From: Fusobacteriota bacterium
GTDB taxonomy: Bacteria > Bacillota > TC1
DNA: 64,000 bases
NCBI GenBank assembly: GCA_009773805.1
Contig: WTXA01000004.1
Coordinates: 295-64,294 of the forward strand
Reading direction: 5' to 3'
The position numbers and the translations under genes are program-made. The stretch's first letter is position 1. Each line of letters opens with the position of its first letter. Below the pieces are notes generated by a model that was not told the origin of the DNA, did not search any database, and saw only the letters and a program-made list of their open reading frames with translations. This document shows, piece after piece, positions 38,862 through 48,512 of the stretch.

Positions 38862-38904
38862 ATTTGTTTCATATCTATTTTTATTAATTCGATGCTATTT
38901 CTTT

Positions 38905-39405
38905 TTATTTACTATTTAACAGCTCTTTAATATATTCTTCTAAGCTCTTCCCTTCAATCTTAACTTCTCCAGTTTCAAAATCAGTGGCCAACTTAAAGAA
39001 ATTTATGAAAAGCTGATTATCCGCCCAATAATAGGTCTCCAAATGACCAGGGATGAAATTGATAGTTAAATCCTTGTCAACTAATGATTCAAACTGTTCA
39101 CCATTCAATTGCTTGATTGGTGTCATCATACCCATAGTTATTCCCAAATCTTCAAGCACCCACATATTATTATTCCAAAAGCGCCCTTCAGCCTTTGTCT
39201 TAACTGAAAGTATTTCCCTATTTGTAATGCTACTCAAAACTTTTCTAATAGAATCACTAGTAAACTCATCATTAAACAAAACTTTAAGTTCTTTTCTACT
39301 AGCTAATTCAGACAAAAATATATCACTAACCTTTTCCCTATCTGCAGTAGCTTGCCAGTAATAGATAAATAACTCTAAGACCTCTGTATTTATTTTAACA
39401 TTCAT
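38905..39405 (-). CDS. Hypothetical protein, translationally coupled to asnB
   Basis: 166-aa ORF with no motif I recognise. Its start overlaps the asnB stop by 4 nt (ATGA). Confidence 0.6.
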   Translation of the reverse strand: MNVKINTEVLELFIYYWQATADREKVSDIFLSELASRKELKVLFNDEFTSDSIRKVLSSITNREILSVKTKAEGRFWNNNMWVLEDLGITMGMMTPIKQLNGEQFESLVDKDLTINFIPGHLETYYWADNQLFINFFKLATDFETGEVKIEGKSLEEYIKELLNSK

Positions 39406-41243
39406 ACCTTTACACTCTCCTTTTCAAAAAAGACTTCATACCATAACAAGAAAATATAGATAGTCCATATTTTCCTACTATTGTCTTTCTTCCCTTTATA
39501 GTGTCCATCTAAAAGATCCATTAATTGATCATAAACAAAAAGCTCTTTAGCTATTGGTTTATTGAAATAGCCTTTAACCTTTTCATAATACTCCTTCTCC
39601 TTTAACCATACTCTAATCGGTACAGGAAATCCAAGTTTTTTCTTATCTGCTACTTTTTTAGGTATGACCCTTCTTGCCGCAAGTCTTAAAGCATACTTGG
39701 TATTTTCTTTATTCACCTTATACTTCAATGGTATAGTTCTGGCCAATTTGAAAACTTCCTTATCCAAGAAAGGCACTCTAAGTTCAAGAGAATGAGCCAT
39801 ACTCATTTTATCAGCCTTAAGTAATATATCTCCTATCAACCAGGTATTAATATCTACTAATTGCATCTTAGTAGTGTCATCATAATCTTTACCTAGTTCG
39901 AAGAAATCCTTAGTTACCATATTTGTGGCTGGTGCAGTAGTCTTAATCCTTAAAAGTTTTTTTCTTTCCTTGTTTGAAAATACTTTTGCGTTGCCTATAT
40001 ATCTATCTTCTATCCTTTGCCCAGCTCTTTGTAAAAAAGATTTACCTTTTATGTCAGGTAAAATATCGGCGATAGCACCAATTAATTTTCTCAATCCATA
40101 TGGAATTTTACTAAAACCAGCCAAACTAAATGGTTCTCTATAAATATTATAGCCACCAAATAATTCATCGGCTCCTTCACCAGATAAAACCACTTTAACG
40201 TAATTACTTGCAAGTTCACTAACGAAATACAAGGCTATAGCTGATGGATCAGCCAGGGGTTCATCCATATGATATTGAACTTTTGATAGTGAATCCCAAT
40301 ATTCCTTATCACCAATCAATTTGCTTTCATTTTTTATGCCTATTAACTGTGATAGTTCTTTTGCATACTCTACTTCATTATATTTATCATAATTGAATCC
40401 AACAGTGAAAGTCTTATCACCTTGGAATACTGTAGCAGCATAACTTGAATCTATACCACTAGAAAGGAAGGAACCTACCTCTACATCACTGATTTTATGA
40501 GCTTTTATCGAATCGATAAAAACCTCTTCAATTTTATCAACTAAAGGTTCAAGCTCCATATTCTCATCATTATCAAAAGTGGCTTGAAAATATCTATTAA
40601 TATCTATTTCCCCATCTTTGTATATCATATAGTGTCCTGGAGTTAATTTGTATATTCCCTTAAAGAAAGTTTCAGGCAAACTTGAATACTGGAAGCTTAA
40701 ATAGCTTTCCAAAGCATCAAAATTTAATTCCTTATTGAAATCTGGGTAGTCAAGAAAACTTTTTATTTCTGAACCGAAAAGCAGGCTATTACCAGCCATT
40801 CCATAATATAGAGGTTTGATACCAAAATAGTCTCGTGCTATAAACAAGCTTTGATCTTTCTTATTATATATTGTAAAGGAAAACATACCTCTTAATTTAT
40901 TTAGCATATCCTTTCCATATTGTTCATATAAATGTATTAAAACCTCTGAATCAGAATGGGTGTAGAAAACGTGCCCTTGATCTATCAAATCAGCCTTAAG
41001 TTCTTGATAATTATATATTTCTCCATTAAAAAACAGTACTAAGTTTTTATCTTCATTGAAAATTGGTTGCATACCATCTTCTAGACCAATAATACTTAGT
41101 CTTCTAAAGCCAATAGCAACAAATTCGTCTATATAGACACCTTCGCTGTCTGGTCCCCTATGGATTATTCTATCCATCATCTTTTTGATGATTGGTTCTT
41201 TTGTAACAATATTACTATTTACAAAGCCTACATAACCACACAA
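39402..41243 (-). CDS. asnB: Asparagine synthase (glutamine-hydrolysing)
   Basis: N-terminal MCG nucleophile (Ntn amidotransferase). PP-loop SGGIDSS-like FLSSGIDSS. 613 aa. Confidence 0.9.
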   Translation of the reverse strand: MCGYVGFVNSNIVTKEPIIKKMMDRIIHRGPDSEGVYIDEFVAIGFRRLSIIGLEDGMQPIFNEDKNLVLFFNGEIYNYQELKADLIDQGHVFYTHSDSEVLIHLYEQYGKDMLNKLRGMFSFTIYNKKDQSLFIARDYFGIKPLYYGMAGNSLLFGSEIKSFLDYPDFNKELNFDALESYLSFQYSSLPETFFKGIYKLTPGHYMIYKDGEIDINRYFQATFDNDENMELEPLVDKIEEVFIDSIKAHKISDVEVGSFLSSGIDSSYAATVFQGDKTFTVGFNYDKYNEVEYAKELSQLIGIKNESKLIGDKEYWDSLSKVQYHMDEPLADPSAIALYFVSELASNYVKVVLSGEGADELFGGYNIYREPFSLAGFSKIPYGLRKLIGAIADILPDIKGKSFLQRAGQRIEDRYIGNAKVFSNKERKKLLRIKTTAPATNMVTKDFFELGKDYDDTTKMQLVDINTWLIGDILLKADKMSMAHSLELRVPFLDKEVFKLARTIPLKYKVNKENTKYALRLAARRVIPKKVADKKKLGFPVPIRVWLKEKEYYEKVKGYFNKPIAKELFVYDQLMDLLDGHYKGKKDNSRKIWTIYIFLLWYEVFFEKESVKV

Positions 41244-41364
41244 ATGATAATCCTCCTTTTTTATAACTACTTCATTATATCTTAATTTTAAAAAAATAGG
41301 AACATCAATTGGATTTTTAAAGGTATTCTGTGATATAATCTACCTAAGTTAGGAGGGTTGTAGA

Positions 41365-41511
41365 ATGACAAATAAACATATAATTACATTAGCTAAACCT
41401 TTGCTTCAAGAAACTAAGGAAACAGGAGGCTGTGGGAATTGCCAATCAGCGTGCCAGTCAGCTTGCAAGACTTCTTGCACTGTAGCAAATCAATTGTGCA
41501 TTAATGAATAA
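41365..41511 (+). CDS. SCIFF (six cysteines in forty-five residues) ribosomal peptide precursor
   Basis: 48-aa ORF absent from the track: MTNKHIITLAKPLLQETKETGGCGNCQSACQSACKTSCTVANQLCINE. AGGAGGG RBS 7 nt upstream. Matches the SCIFF (TIGR03973) pattern GGCGxCQxSCQSACKTSCTVxNQ. Confidence 0.9.
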   Translation: MTNKHIITLAKPLLQETKETGGCGNCQSACQSACKTSCTVANQLCINE

Positions 41512-41520
41512 ATAACCCCT

Positions 41521-41543
41521 AAAGGTCCTTCGAGGGCCTTTTT
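41521..41543 (+). terminator. Partial terminator/attenuator hairpin between precursor and maturase
   Basis: AAAGGUCC-UUCGA-GGGCCUUU (one G-U pair) running into a U-tract. Located 10 nt after the precursor stop. Confidence 0.5.
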
Positions 41544-41557
41544 ACTTGGAGGAAAAT

Positions 41558-42925
41558 ATGAAAGACATTAAAATAATAGAAAAGAACGGGATGAATATCA
41601 TCCTCGATGTAAATAGTGGATCCATCCATATTTTTGATGAGTTAGGCAAAAATACTCTACTAAAATATATCAACAATGAAGATATTAAAGATAATGATGA
41701 ATTAAATGTCTTGAAAGAAATCAATATCCTCATAAATGAAGGTAGCCTACTTTCTAAAGATAGTGGTGAATTACCTAAAGTAGTAAATAAAAGTCTGAAG
41801 TCAATATGTTTGAATGTAGCACATATCTGCAATCTAGCTTGTCCTTATTGCTTTGCATCAGGTGGCAGCTATAAGGGCAATGAAGCCTTAATGAGTCTTG
41901 AAGTTGGTAAGAAAGCCATCGATTTCCTGTTTGAAAACAGCAAAGGTCGCAAAATTGTCGAAGTGGATTTTTTCGGTGGTGAACCACTACTAAATTTCCA
42001 ACTAATCAAGGATGTTGTTGCTTATGGTGAAGAAAAAGCCAAGGAGTTAAATAAATCCATCAAGTGGTCAATGACAACTAATGGTGTACTTTTAGATGAA
42101 AAAGTTTGTAAGTTTTTGAAGGATCATAATGTAGGTACAGTCTTAAGTATAGATGGTCGCAAAGAAATTCATGATAAATATAGATATTTCAAGGATAAGT
42201 CAGGCAGTTATGACAAGATTGTTAAAAACTATCAAAGATTCAAGGAATATAGTGATGACTATGTAGCTAGAGGTACTTATACTAAAGGTAATCTTGATTT
42301 CTATAATGATATTGAAGTCTTAAAGTCACTTGGTTTTGAACATTTATCAATGGAACCCGTCATAGGAGGAGACTTAACCTATGATGATCTTGAAACTATA
42401 AGAGAAAGTTACGATATATTAGCAGATAAATATTTAAAATGGCTATCTGAAGATAAACCTTTGGACTTTTTTCATTTTAATATTAATTTAAAGGGTGGTC
42501 CTTGTATTTATAAGCGTATTACAGCTTGTGGTGCAGGTTTTGAATATCTGGCAATAACACCTATTGGTGATATCTTTCCATGTCATCAATTAATAGAAAA
42601 TAAAGACTATCTCCTAGGGAACATTATGATAGAAACCTACAAGGATGAACTTAGTAAAGTTTTCCAAGATATAAATATATATACTAAGGAAAAGTGTAGC
42701 AATTGTTGGGCTCGGTTCTATTGTAGTGGTGGTTGTCATAGTAACAACTTAAAATATGGTGGAGACTTAAGTAATCCCGATGATTTAAGTTGTGAATTAC
42801 AAAAAATAAGATTAGAATCAGCAATTTATGTTCAAGCTCAAAAATTACTTAGAGAATATTCTAAAAATAACTTTAAAACAAGTGATGAAATCACTAAGGA
42901 AAAGATAATAGATATGTTAAAATAA
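41558..42925 (+). CDS. SCIFF radical SAM/SPASM thioether-forming maturase
   Basis: CNLACPYC radical SAM cluster motif. C-terminal SPASM cysteines (CGAG...C, CSNCWARFYCSGGC). Start set to the ATG after GGAGG; the track ORF starts at an upstream TTG. Confidence 0.88.
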   Translation: MKDIKIIEKNGMNIILDVNSGSIHIFDELGKNTLLKYINNEDIKDNDELNVLKEINILINEGSLLSKDSGELPKVVNKSLKSICLNVAHICNLACPYCFASGGSYKGNEALMSLEVGKKAIDFLFENSKGRKIVEVDFFGGEPLLNFQLIKDVVAYGEEKAKELNKSIKWSMTTNGVLLDEKVCKFLKDHNVGTVLSIDGRKEIHDKYRYFKDKSGSYDKIVKNYQRFKEYSDDYVARGTYTKGNLDFYNDIEVLKSLGFEHLSMEPVIGGDLTYDDLETIRESYDILADKYLKWLSEDKPLDFFHFNINLKGGPCIYKRITACGAGFEYLAITPIGDIFPCHQLIENKDYLLGNIMIETYKDELSKVFQDINIYTKEKCSNCWARFYCSGGCHSNNLKYGGDLSNPDDLSCELQKIRLESAIYVQAQKLLREYSKNNFKTSDEITKEKIIDMLK

Positions 42926-42995
42926 TAGTATTAAGTATACAATTAATATTATATAGTAATTGATAAAATTTAATAAGAAGATTAGGAGTGATAAT

Positions 42996-43910
42996 ATGCT
43001 AGATGTAACAATTATAGGAGCAGGTCCTGCTGGAATGACAGCTGCCCTTTATGCTTTAAGAAGTGGTCTTAATGTTTGTGTAATGGAACAAGGAGCACCT
43101 GGTGGACAATTATTAAAAACAGAAAAAATAGATAATTATCCAGGATTTGCTGATGGGGTTCTTGGTATGGAGCTTGCTACCAATATGTTTACGCAAATAA
43201 GTTCTTTTGCTAATTTTTCCCTGATTAATGAAACTGCTAAAAAAATAAGAAGAAAGCCTAACGGTTTTACAATTGATATTTCAACAGGCACAGTTGAAAC
43301 TAAGTCTGTTATTATAGCCACAGGAGGATATCCAAGAACTTTAGATATACCTGGTGAAAGTGAGTATTCTGGTAAAGGTGTTTCTTATTGTGCAATATGT
43401 GATGGTTTCTTCTTTAAAGATAAGATTGTTTCTGTTATTGGTGGCGGTAATACAGCTCTTGAAGATGCGGTGTACCTTGCTAGTATTGCCAAGGAAGTAT
43501 ATTTAATTCATAGAAGAAAAGCTTTTAGAGGTAGTAAAATATTAGTTGATAGATTGAAGGAACATAAAAATGTACATTTAGTTTTGGAGAAAGTTCCTGT
43601 GGAAATCAAAGGAGAAACAAAGGTTTCTGAAATAGTTATTAAGGATACTGAAACAGAAGAAATTACTAGTCTTTTTGTAAACGGAGTTTTCTTGGCAATA
43701 GGTCAAATAATGAATAGTGATTTTGTAAAGGATATATTAGCAATAGATGATACAGGTCATATAGTTGTTGATGAAAAGATGGAATCTGTTATTCCCGGTC
43801 TATTTGCTTGTGGAGATATTATTTCCAAGGATTTGAGACAGGTATCTACAGCTGTTGGTGATGGTGCTATCGCCGGACAAATGGCTTATGAATATTTAAG
43901 CAAACTGTAA
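42996..43910 (+). CDS. trxB: Thioredoxin-disulfide reductase
   Basis: GAGPAG FAD motif, redox-active CAIC, GGGNTA NADPH motif. Start trimmed to MLDVTIIGAG after AGGAG. Confidence 0.9.
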   Translation: MLDVTIIGAGPAGMTAALYALRSGLNVCVMEQGAPGGQLLKTEKIDNYPGFADGVLGMELATNMFTQISSFANFSLINETAKKIRRKPNGFTIDISTGTVETKSVIIATGGYPRTLDIPGESEYSGKGVSYCAICDGFFFKDKIVSVIGGGNTALEDAVYLASIAKEVYLIHRRKAFRGSKILVDRLKEHKNVHLVLEKVPVEIKGETKVSEIVIKDTETEEITSLFVNGVFLAIGQIMNSDFVKDILAIDDTGHIVVDEKMESVIPGLFACGDIISKDLRQVSTAVGDGAIAGQMAYEYLSKL

Positions 43911-43924
43911 AAGAGGTGGATAAT

Positions 43925-44983
43925 ATGAAGGATTATTTAAGACTCATTTTAGCTGGTATTATTGGGGCATTGATTGCAATTGTCCTTTATACCGGTATTA
44001 TTTCCATTAATGAAAGATATCAATTGGCAAATAACAATGAAGGCGGAGCTGTAAATGAAGTCTTGATAGGTGAAAATATATCAATACCCGATATTGTCAG
44101 CGAGACCTCTCCTTCTGTAGTTCAAATTTCTAAAAGTTCAGGTCTAAGTTCTTCATCATTAGGCTCTGGGGTAATTATTGATGCTGCTTTGGGTTATGTG
44201 GTGACTAATTTTCATGTGGTAGGTGATGATGGTGATTTAACCGTTACACTTCTTGATGGCAGAGTAACTAAAGCAACAAGAATAGGTGGAGATGCTGATT
44301 TAGATATTTCTGTAATTAAATTAGAAAACACAATAAATCTGACCTCGATCGAACTTGGTGATTCTAGTGTTTTAAAAGCAGGACAGATGGCTATTGCAAT
44401 TGGTTCACCTCTTAGTTCTGAATTAGCAAATACTGTAACTGTTGGTGTAATAAGTGCAATTTCAAGAGAGCTTACCTATACTGCACCTAGTGGTAATGTG
44501 GTAGTAGTTAGAGTACTACAGACTGATGCTGCGATAAATCCAGGAAATAGTGGTGGTGCTTTGATTAATTCTTTAGGGCAACTTATTGGTATTAATAGCA
44601 TCAAGGTAGCACAAGCTGGTGTTGAAGGATTAGGTTTTGCAATTCCAATTAATGATGTTAAGCCTATAATTGAAGAGATTATTAGAACTGGTACAGTGGT
44701 TCACCCTCAGTTAGGTGTTAGTAATCTTACTAATATCACAAAGGATATGTCAGATTACTACAAAGTTCCTGAAGGTGTTTTAGTTGGAGATGTTAGTGAT
44801 GGTTCTAATGCTAGTAAAGCTGGTATGAGAGCTAATGATATTATTGTAGCTATTAATCAAACTGAAATAAAGACATCTGCTCAATTAAGATCTGCAATGT
44901 ATAGATTGGATTTTGGTGATGACTTAAGAATAAAATTATATAGAGACAGTGGTTATTTAACCCTTTATGTAGTTGTTAAATAG
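43925..44983 (+). CDS. htrA: HtrA/DegP-family serine protease with one PDZ domain
   Basis: N-terminal TM segment. Catalytic His (TNFHVV) and Ser (GNSGGAL). C-terminal PDZ. Confidence 0.88.
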   Translation: MKDYLRLILAGIIGALIAIVLYTGIISINERYQLANNNEGGAVNEVLIGENISIPDIVSETSPSVVQISKSSGLSSSSLGSGVIIDAALGYVVTNFHVVGDDGDLTVTLLDGRVTKATRIGGDADLDISVIKLENTINLTSIELGDSSVLKAGQMAIAIGSPLSSELANTVTVGVISAISRELTYTAPSGNVVVVRVLQTDAAINPGNSGGALINSLGQLIGINSIKVAQAGVEGLGFAIPINDVKPIIEEIIRTGTVVHPQLGVSNLTNITKDMSDYYKVPEGVLVGDVSDGSNASKAGMRANDIIVAINQTEIKTSAQLRSAMYRLDFGDDLRIKLYRDSGYLTLYVVVK

Positions 44984-44997
44984 TAATATAAATAAAG

Positions 44998-45031
44998 AAC
45001 TCCTCATTTCAAAATATTGAAATGAGGAGTT
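44998..45031 (+). terminator. Intrinsic terminator after htrA
   Basis: 15-bp perfect stem aactcctcatttcaa/ttgaaatgaggagtt with a 4-nt loop. The T-tract is short. Confidence 0.6.
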
Positions 45032-45180
45032 TCATTATATATTATTATGTAATGATTATATAGAATAGTAAAATATTTGAATAATTCAACCTATCAGCTA
45101 GGTTGTATTGTCTATCTTAAACTTTAAGACAAAGTATTATTCTAAGAAGTATATACTTAAAATCATTAATATAATACTAA

Positions 45181-47139
45181 TTAATAAGACAAAGCTCTAT
45201 TTCCTATAGTATTCCAAGCCGTATTGAATGCTGAATTATTTATATATGCATTTTTTTTACCAGTCCAAGGGTCATTATAATAAAACCCATCATTATTATA
45301 ACCTGTTATTACAACAGCATGAAGATAAAAACCACTTAATCTAGCCCAAACTAAAACAGGTTTGCCTTGATTGATACTATTTTTTATCCCAATGGTTCCA
45401 CTACCTGTCAAATTAACTGCTGATCCTGCATATTTTTCCATTATATTCATTAATGCAGGAGGAAAAATGGTATAACCATATGAATTAAAAGGAGATCCAA
45501 CAAACCCTAAATCCGGATTAGTTTGATGATAAGGTATTTCATTAGCAAGTTGAATCTTCGTCACATTTACCCCAAGATAATTTAATATCATAGCTAGAGA
45601 AGTCACCTCACAACCGGTTGGCAATTCTGGTCTTTGACTTATTATAGGTACATTTAAAGGGTTTGTTAAAACAATATAACTTCTCAAATTATCAGGTGCC
45701 GCTGCTCCCTTTTCCACCAAAACTACTTTCATTGCTTCTATTCTATACCCATATCCTGACGTGCCTGCATTTTCTCCGTTTTTTGCCCAGCCCATCCAAC
45801 CTATATTTTGCACATGAACACTGTAATATGTTGGCTGATATTGCTCCTTCAAGACCAATATTTATTCTCTCTACTCTTTTGTTAAGCTCTCCACTTTCTG
45901 TGCCATTAACCTTCCAGTCCTGCCATCCACTTCCTTCTATATATGATCTATATTTTATGCTGCTACCAGCCATGTCTCCTTCAGTCATTTTTGTTCCAAG
46001 TTTTAACATCCAGGCTTCTAGTCTTAAAGACATACCTGTTATTCCTGATATTGCTCCATCTGTTTTCCAGGGTTGATATCCATAGGATTGTACAGAACTC
46101 TTATATGCCACATTAACTTTACTTAAATCTACATATGCTCCAGTAGTAGCTCCTGGTGCCGCTGCTCCCTTAGTTACCAATACAACTTTCATTGCTTCTA
46201 TCCTATAGTCGTATCCTGATGTACCAGCGTTTTCTCCATTTTTAGCCCAGCCCATCCAGCCTATATTTTGCACATGAACACTGTAATATACATCATAGTT
46301 GGCTGCTATTGGTCCTTCTAGACTTATGTTAATTGTCTCTACTCTTTTGTTAAGCTCTCCACTTTCTGTGCCATTAACCTTCCAGTCTTGCCATCCACTT
46401 CCTTCAACATATGAACGATATTTTATATTGCTACCTGCCAAATCTCCACTGTTCATCCCTGTTCCAAGTTTCAACATCCAGGCTTCCATTCTTAAGGACA
46501 TACCTGTTATTCCTGATATTGCTCCATCTATTTTCCAGGGTTGATATCCATAGGATTGTACAGAACTCTTATATGCCACATTAACTTTACTTAAATCTAC
46601 ATATGCTCCAGTATTAGCTCCTGGTGCTGCTGCTCCCTTGGTTACCAATACAACTTTCATTGCTTCTATCCTATAATCGTATCCTGATGTACCAGCGTTT
46701 TCTCCATTTTTAGCCCATCCCATCCAACCTATATCTTGCACATGAACACTGTAATATACATCATATTTGGCTGCTATTGCTCCTTCAAGACTTATGTTAA
46801 TTGTCTCTACTCTTTTGTTAAGCTCTCCACTTTGTGTGCCATTAACCTTCCAGTCCTGCCATCCACTTCCTTCTATATATGATCTATATTTTATGCTACT
46901 TCCAGCCATGTCTCCTTCAGTCACTTTTGTACCAAGTTTCAACATGACATACCTGTTATTCCTGCAATCTCTCCATCACTAACCCATGGCAAATAACCTT
47001 TTGTTTGCATATAGTTACTATAAATTACACCATCGTTGCTTAAATCGACTATAGCTGCAACAGGTTTACTAACAATAATTGGCAATATCAATATTCCAAT
47101 TAGCACTATCAATCTGTAGATTATTTTTTTATTTCTCAT
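45181..47139 (-). pseudogene. Secreted ChW-repeat protein with C-terminal C39-like (YvpB-type) cysteine peptidase domain, disrupted by two frameshifting deletions
   Basis: Three overlapping ORFs in different frames. (a) Signal peptide MRNKKIIYRLIVLIGILILPIIVSKPVAA. (b) ChW repeats (YSVHVQNIGWMGWAKNGENAGTSGYDYRIEAMKVVL). (c) Peptidase_C39_2-like domain (PTGCEVTSLAMIL...LHAVVITGY). Compared with the sister repeat units, 19 nt are missing at 46945/46946 and 8 nt at 45829/45830. Confidence 0.7.
45745..46945. repeat. Tandem 468-bp (156-codon) repeat units, about 2.6 copies, each encoding three ChW modules
   Basis: Near-identical protein blocks recur every 156 aa. Spurious plus-strand ORFs at 46299 and 46767 are exactly 468 nt apart with near-identical sequence. 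Confidence 0.85.
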
Positions 47140-47200
47140 CAAACTTTTCCCCCATAAAAAACACAAAAAACATATAACATAAAACTTCTTATATACTATC

Positions 47201-47229
47201 ATTATAGTCTTAAATAAAAAAGTTGTCAA
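47201..47229 (-). promoter_or_regulatory. Consensus sigma-A promoter of the ChW/C39 gene
   Basis: The minus strand reads TTGACA, 17-nt spacer, TATAAT. About 60 nt upstream of the ATG at 47139, which follows GGGGGAA. Confidence 0.6.
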
Positions 47230-47253
47230 AATTGTTCAAATCTCAACAACTAA

Positions 47254-48462
47254 TTATTTTCTATTTTTTTTAATATCAATTTTTACTTTAGCTTTATCGC
47301 TATCAAATATCAATAAAAAACACCCAATAGCCATGATAATTCCCAAAACAATAAAAGCATTAGCATAACCTAATAGCAAGGCAACCCAGCCAAATATGAA
47401 ATTCCCAATTGCATTACCACCATCAATGGAACTTTCTTGAATAGAAAATGAGGTTGCTTTCAACTTCTTAGATGTAAAACTATCCACCCCTGATACAGCA
47501 CAAATAACAGCGCTATTATTGCCAATTCCAAATAATATCCCTACAGCCACGACTGCAATGTTACCCATCCAACTAATTGTTGACATCCCCAACATACCTA
47601 TAACTGCCAGTGTTATTGCAGGAATAATTATATTTTTAATACTGAATTTATCTATCAGCCAACCTACAGACATAGATGCAACCATACCAGACGACATTAA
47701 TAGAAAAATAAAAAAACTAGCAGATAAATCTGTATCAAGGCTATTTAAATAATTTGTAGCATTAGCCATAACAGTACCATAACCACCAGCTAACATTATA
47801 GTTAAATAATAATATTTTCTTAATCTACGATCACCTAAAAGCCCCTTATAATCTTTAAATAAGTTTTTACTATCATTTGTTTTATGATATTTACATGTTT
47901 CCTGGACCTGATACAATAATATAAAAGCAATGATCGAAATTAATATATTAGCTAAAAACATGGCATCATAACTAATTTCTATCATTGCTAGTGAAAAAAT
48001 CGGTCCAATCATAAAACCTAAGCCAAGTAATGCTCTATAAATGCCCATAAATGTACTCAATATTTTTTCTTCAGCTAAATCACTAATAACTGAACTTCCA
48101 GTCGACATAAACAATGCTAGACTAATTGCTTGTATAGCACGTGCAGCTAAATGCCAACCAAAACTTGGAGCCAGCCAAATAAATATCGTGCCTATTAAAA
48201 AAGCAACTGTACTTGCCAACATTGAAAATCTTCTACCCTTATTATCAGCAACGGGACCAAGAAATATTCGTAAAATAACAGCAACAATACTGTAGAAAGC
48301 TGTTGACATACCTACTTGAGCTACTGAAGCACCTGTAGAAACAAGATACACTGGTATAATCATATAAGCCATTGACATATTCAACATCATGAAAAATGTT
48401 CCTGTAAGGAATAACCATACTATTTTGCTACTAAAAAAATCTTTGATATTATTGATTTTCAT
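47254..48462 (-). CDS. MFS transporter
   Basis: About 12 TM segments and the MFS loop motif GPVADNKGRR. Start set to the ATG after AAAGGTGA. Confidence 0.85.
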   Translation of the reverse strand: MKINNIKDFFSSKIVWLFLTGTFFMMLNMSMAYMIIPVYLVSTGASVAQVGMSTAFYSIVAVILRIFLGPVADNKGRRFSMLASTVAFLIGTIFIWLAPSFGWHLAARAIQAISLALFMSTGSSVISDLAEEKILSTFMGIYRALLGLGFMIGPIFSLAMIEISYDAMFLANILISIIAFILLYQVQETCKYHKTNDSKNLFKDYKGLLGDRRLRKYYYLTIMLAGGYGTVMANATNYLNSLDTDLSASFFIFLLMSSGMVASMSVGWLIDKFSIKNIIIPAITLAVIGMLGMSTISWMGNIAVVAVGILFGIGNNSAVICAVSGVDSFTSKKLKATSFSIQESSIDGGNAIGNFIFGWVALLLGYANAFIVLGIIMAIGCFLLIFDSDKAKVKIDIKKNRK

Positions 48463-48512
48463 TACTATTTCACCTTTCAAGCTACAATCATCAGTATATT
48501 GTATTATTCAGA

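Noticed and set aside
39402-41243. AsnB homolog as a RiPP (lasso-type) cyclase linked to the neighbouring SCIFF locus
   Set aside because: It is divergently transcribed from the SCIFF genes. It has the full-length canonical AsnB architecture (MCG nucleophile plus PP-loop). SCIFF systems are described as two-gene precursor/maturase units.
41542-41987. Minus-strand ORFs (96 aa and 70 aa) opposite the start of the SCIFF maturase
   Set aside because: They are antisense to a gene with unambiguous radical SAM/SPASM motifs. They have no RBS and low-complexity translations.
45663-46982. Three similar plus-strand ORFs (45663-46076, 46299-46544, 46767-46982)
   Set aside because: Their similarity only reflects the 468-bp tandem repeat read on the wrong strand. 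The minus strand carries the recognisable ChW modules.
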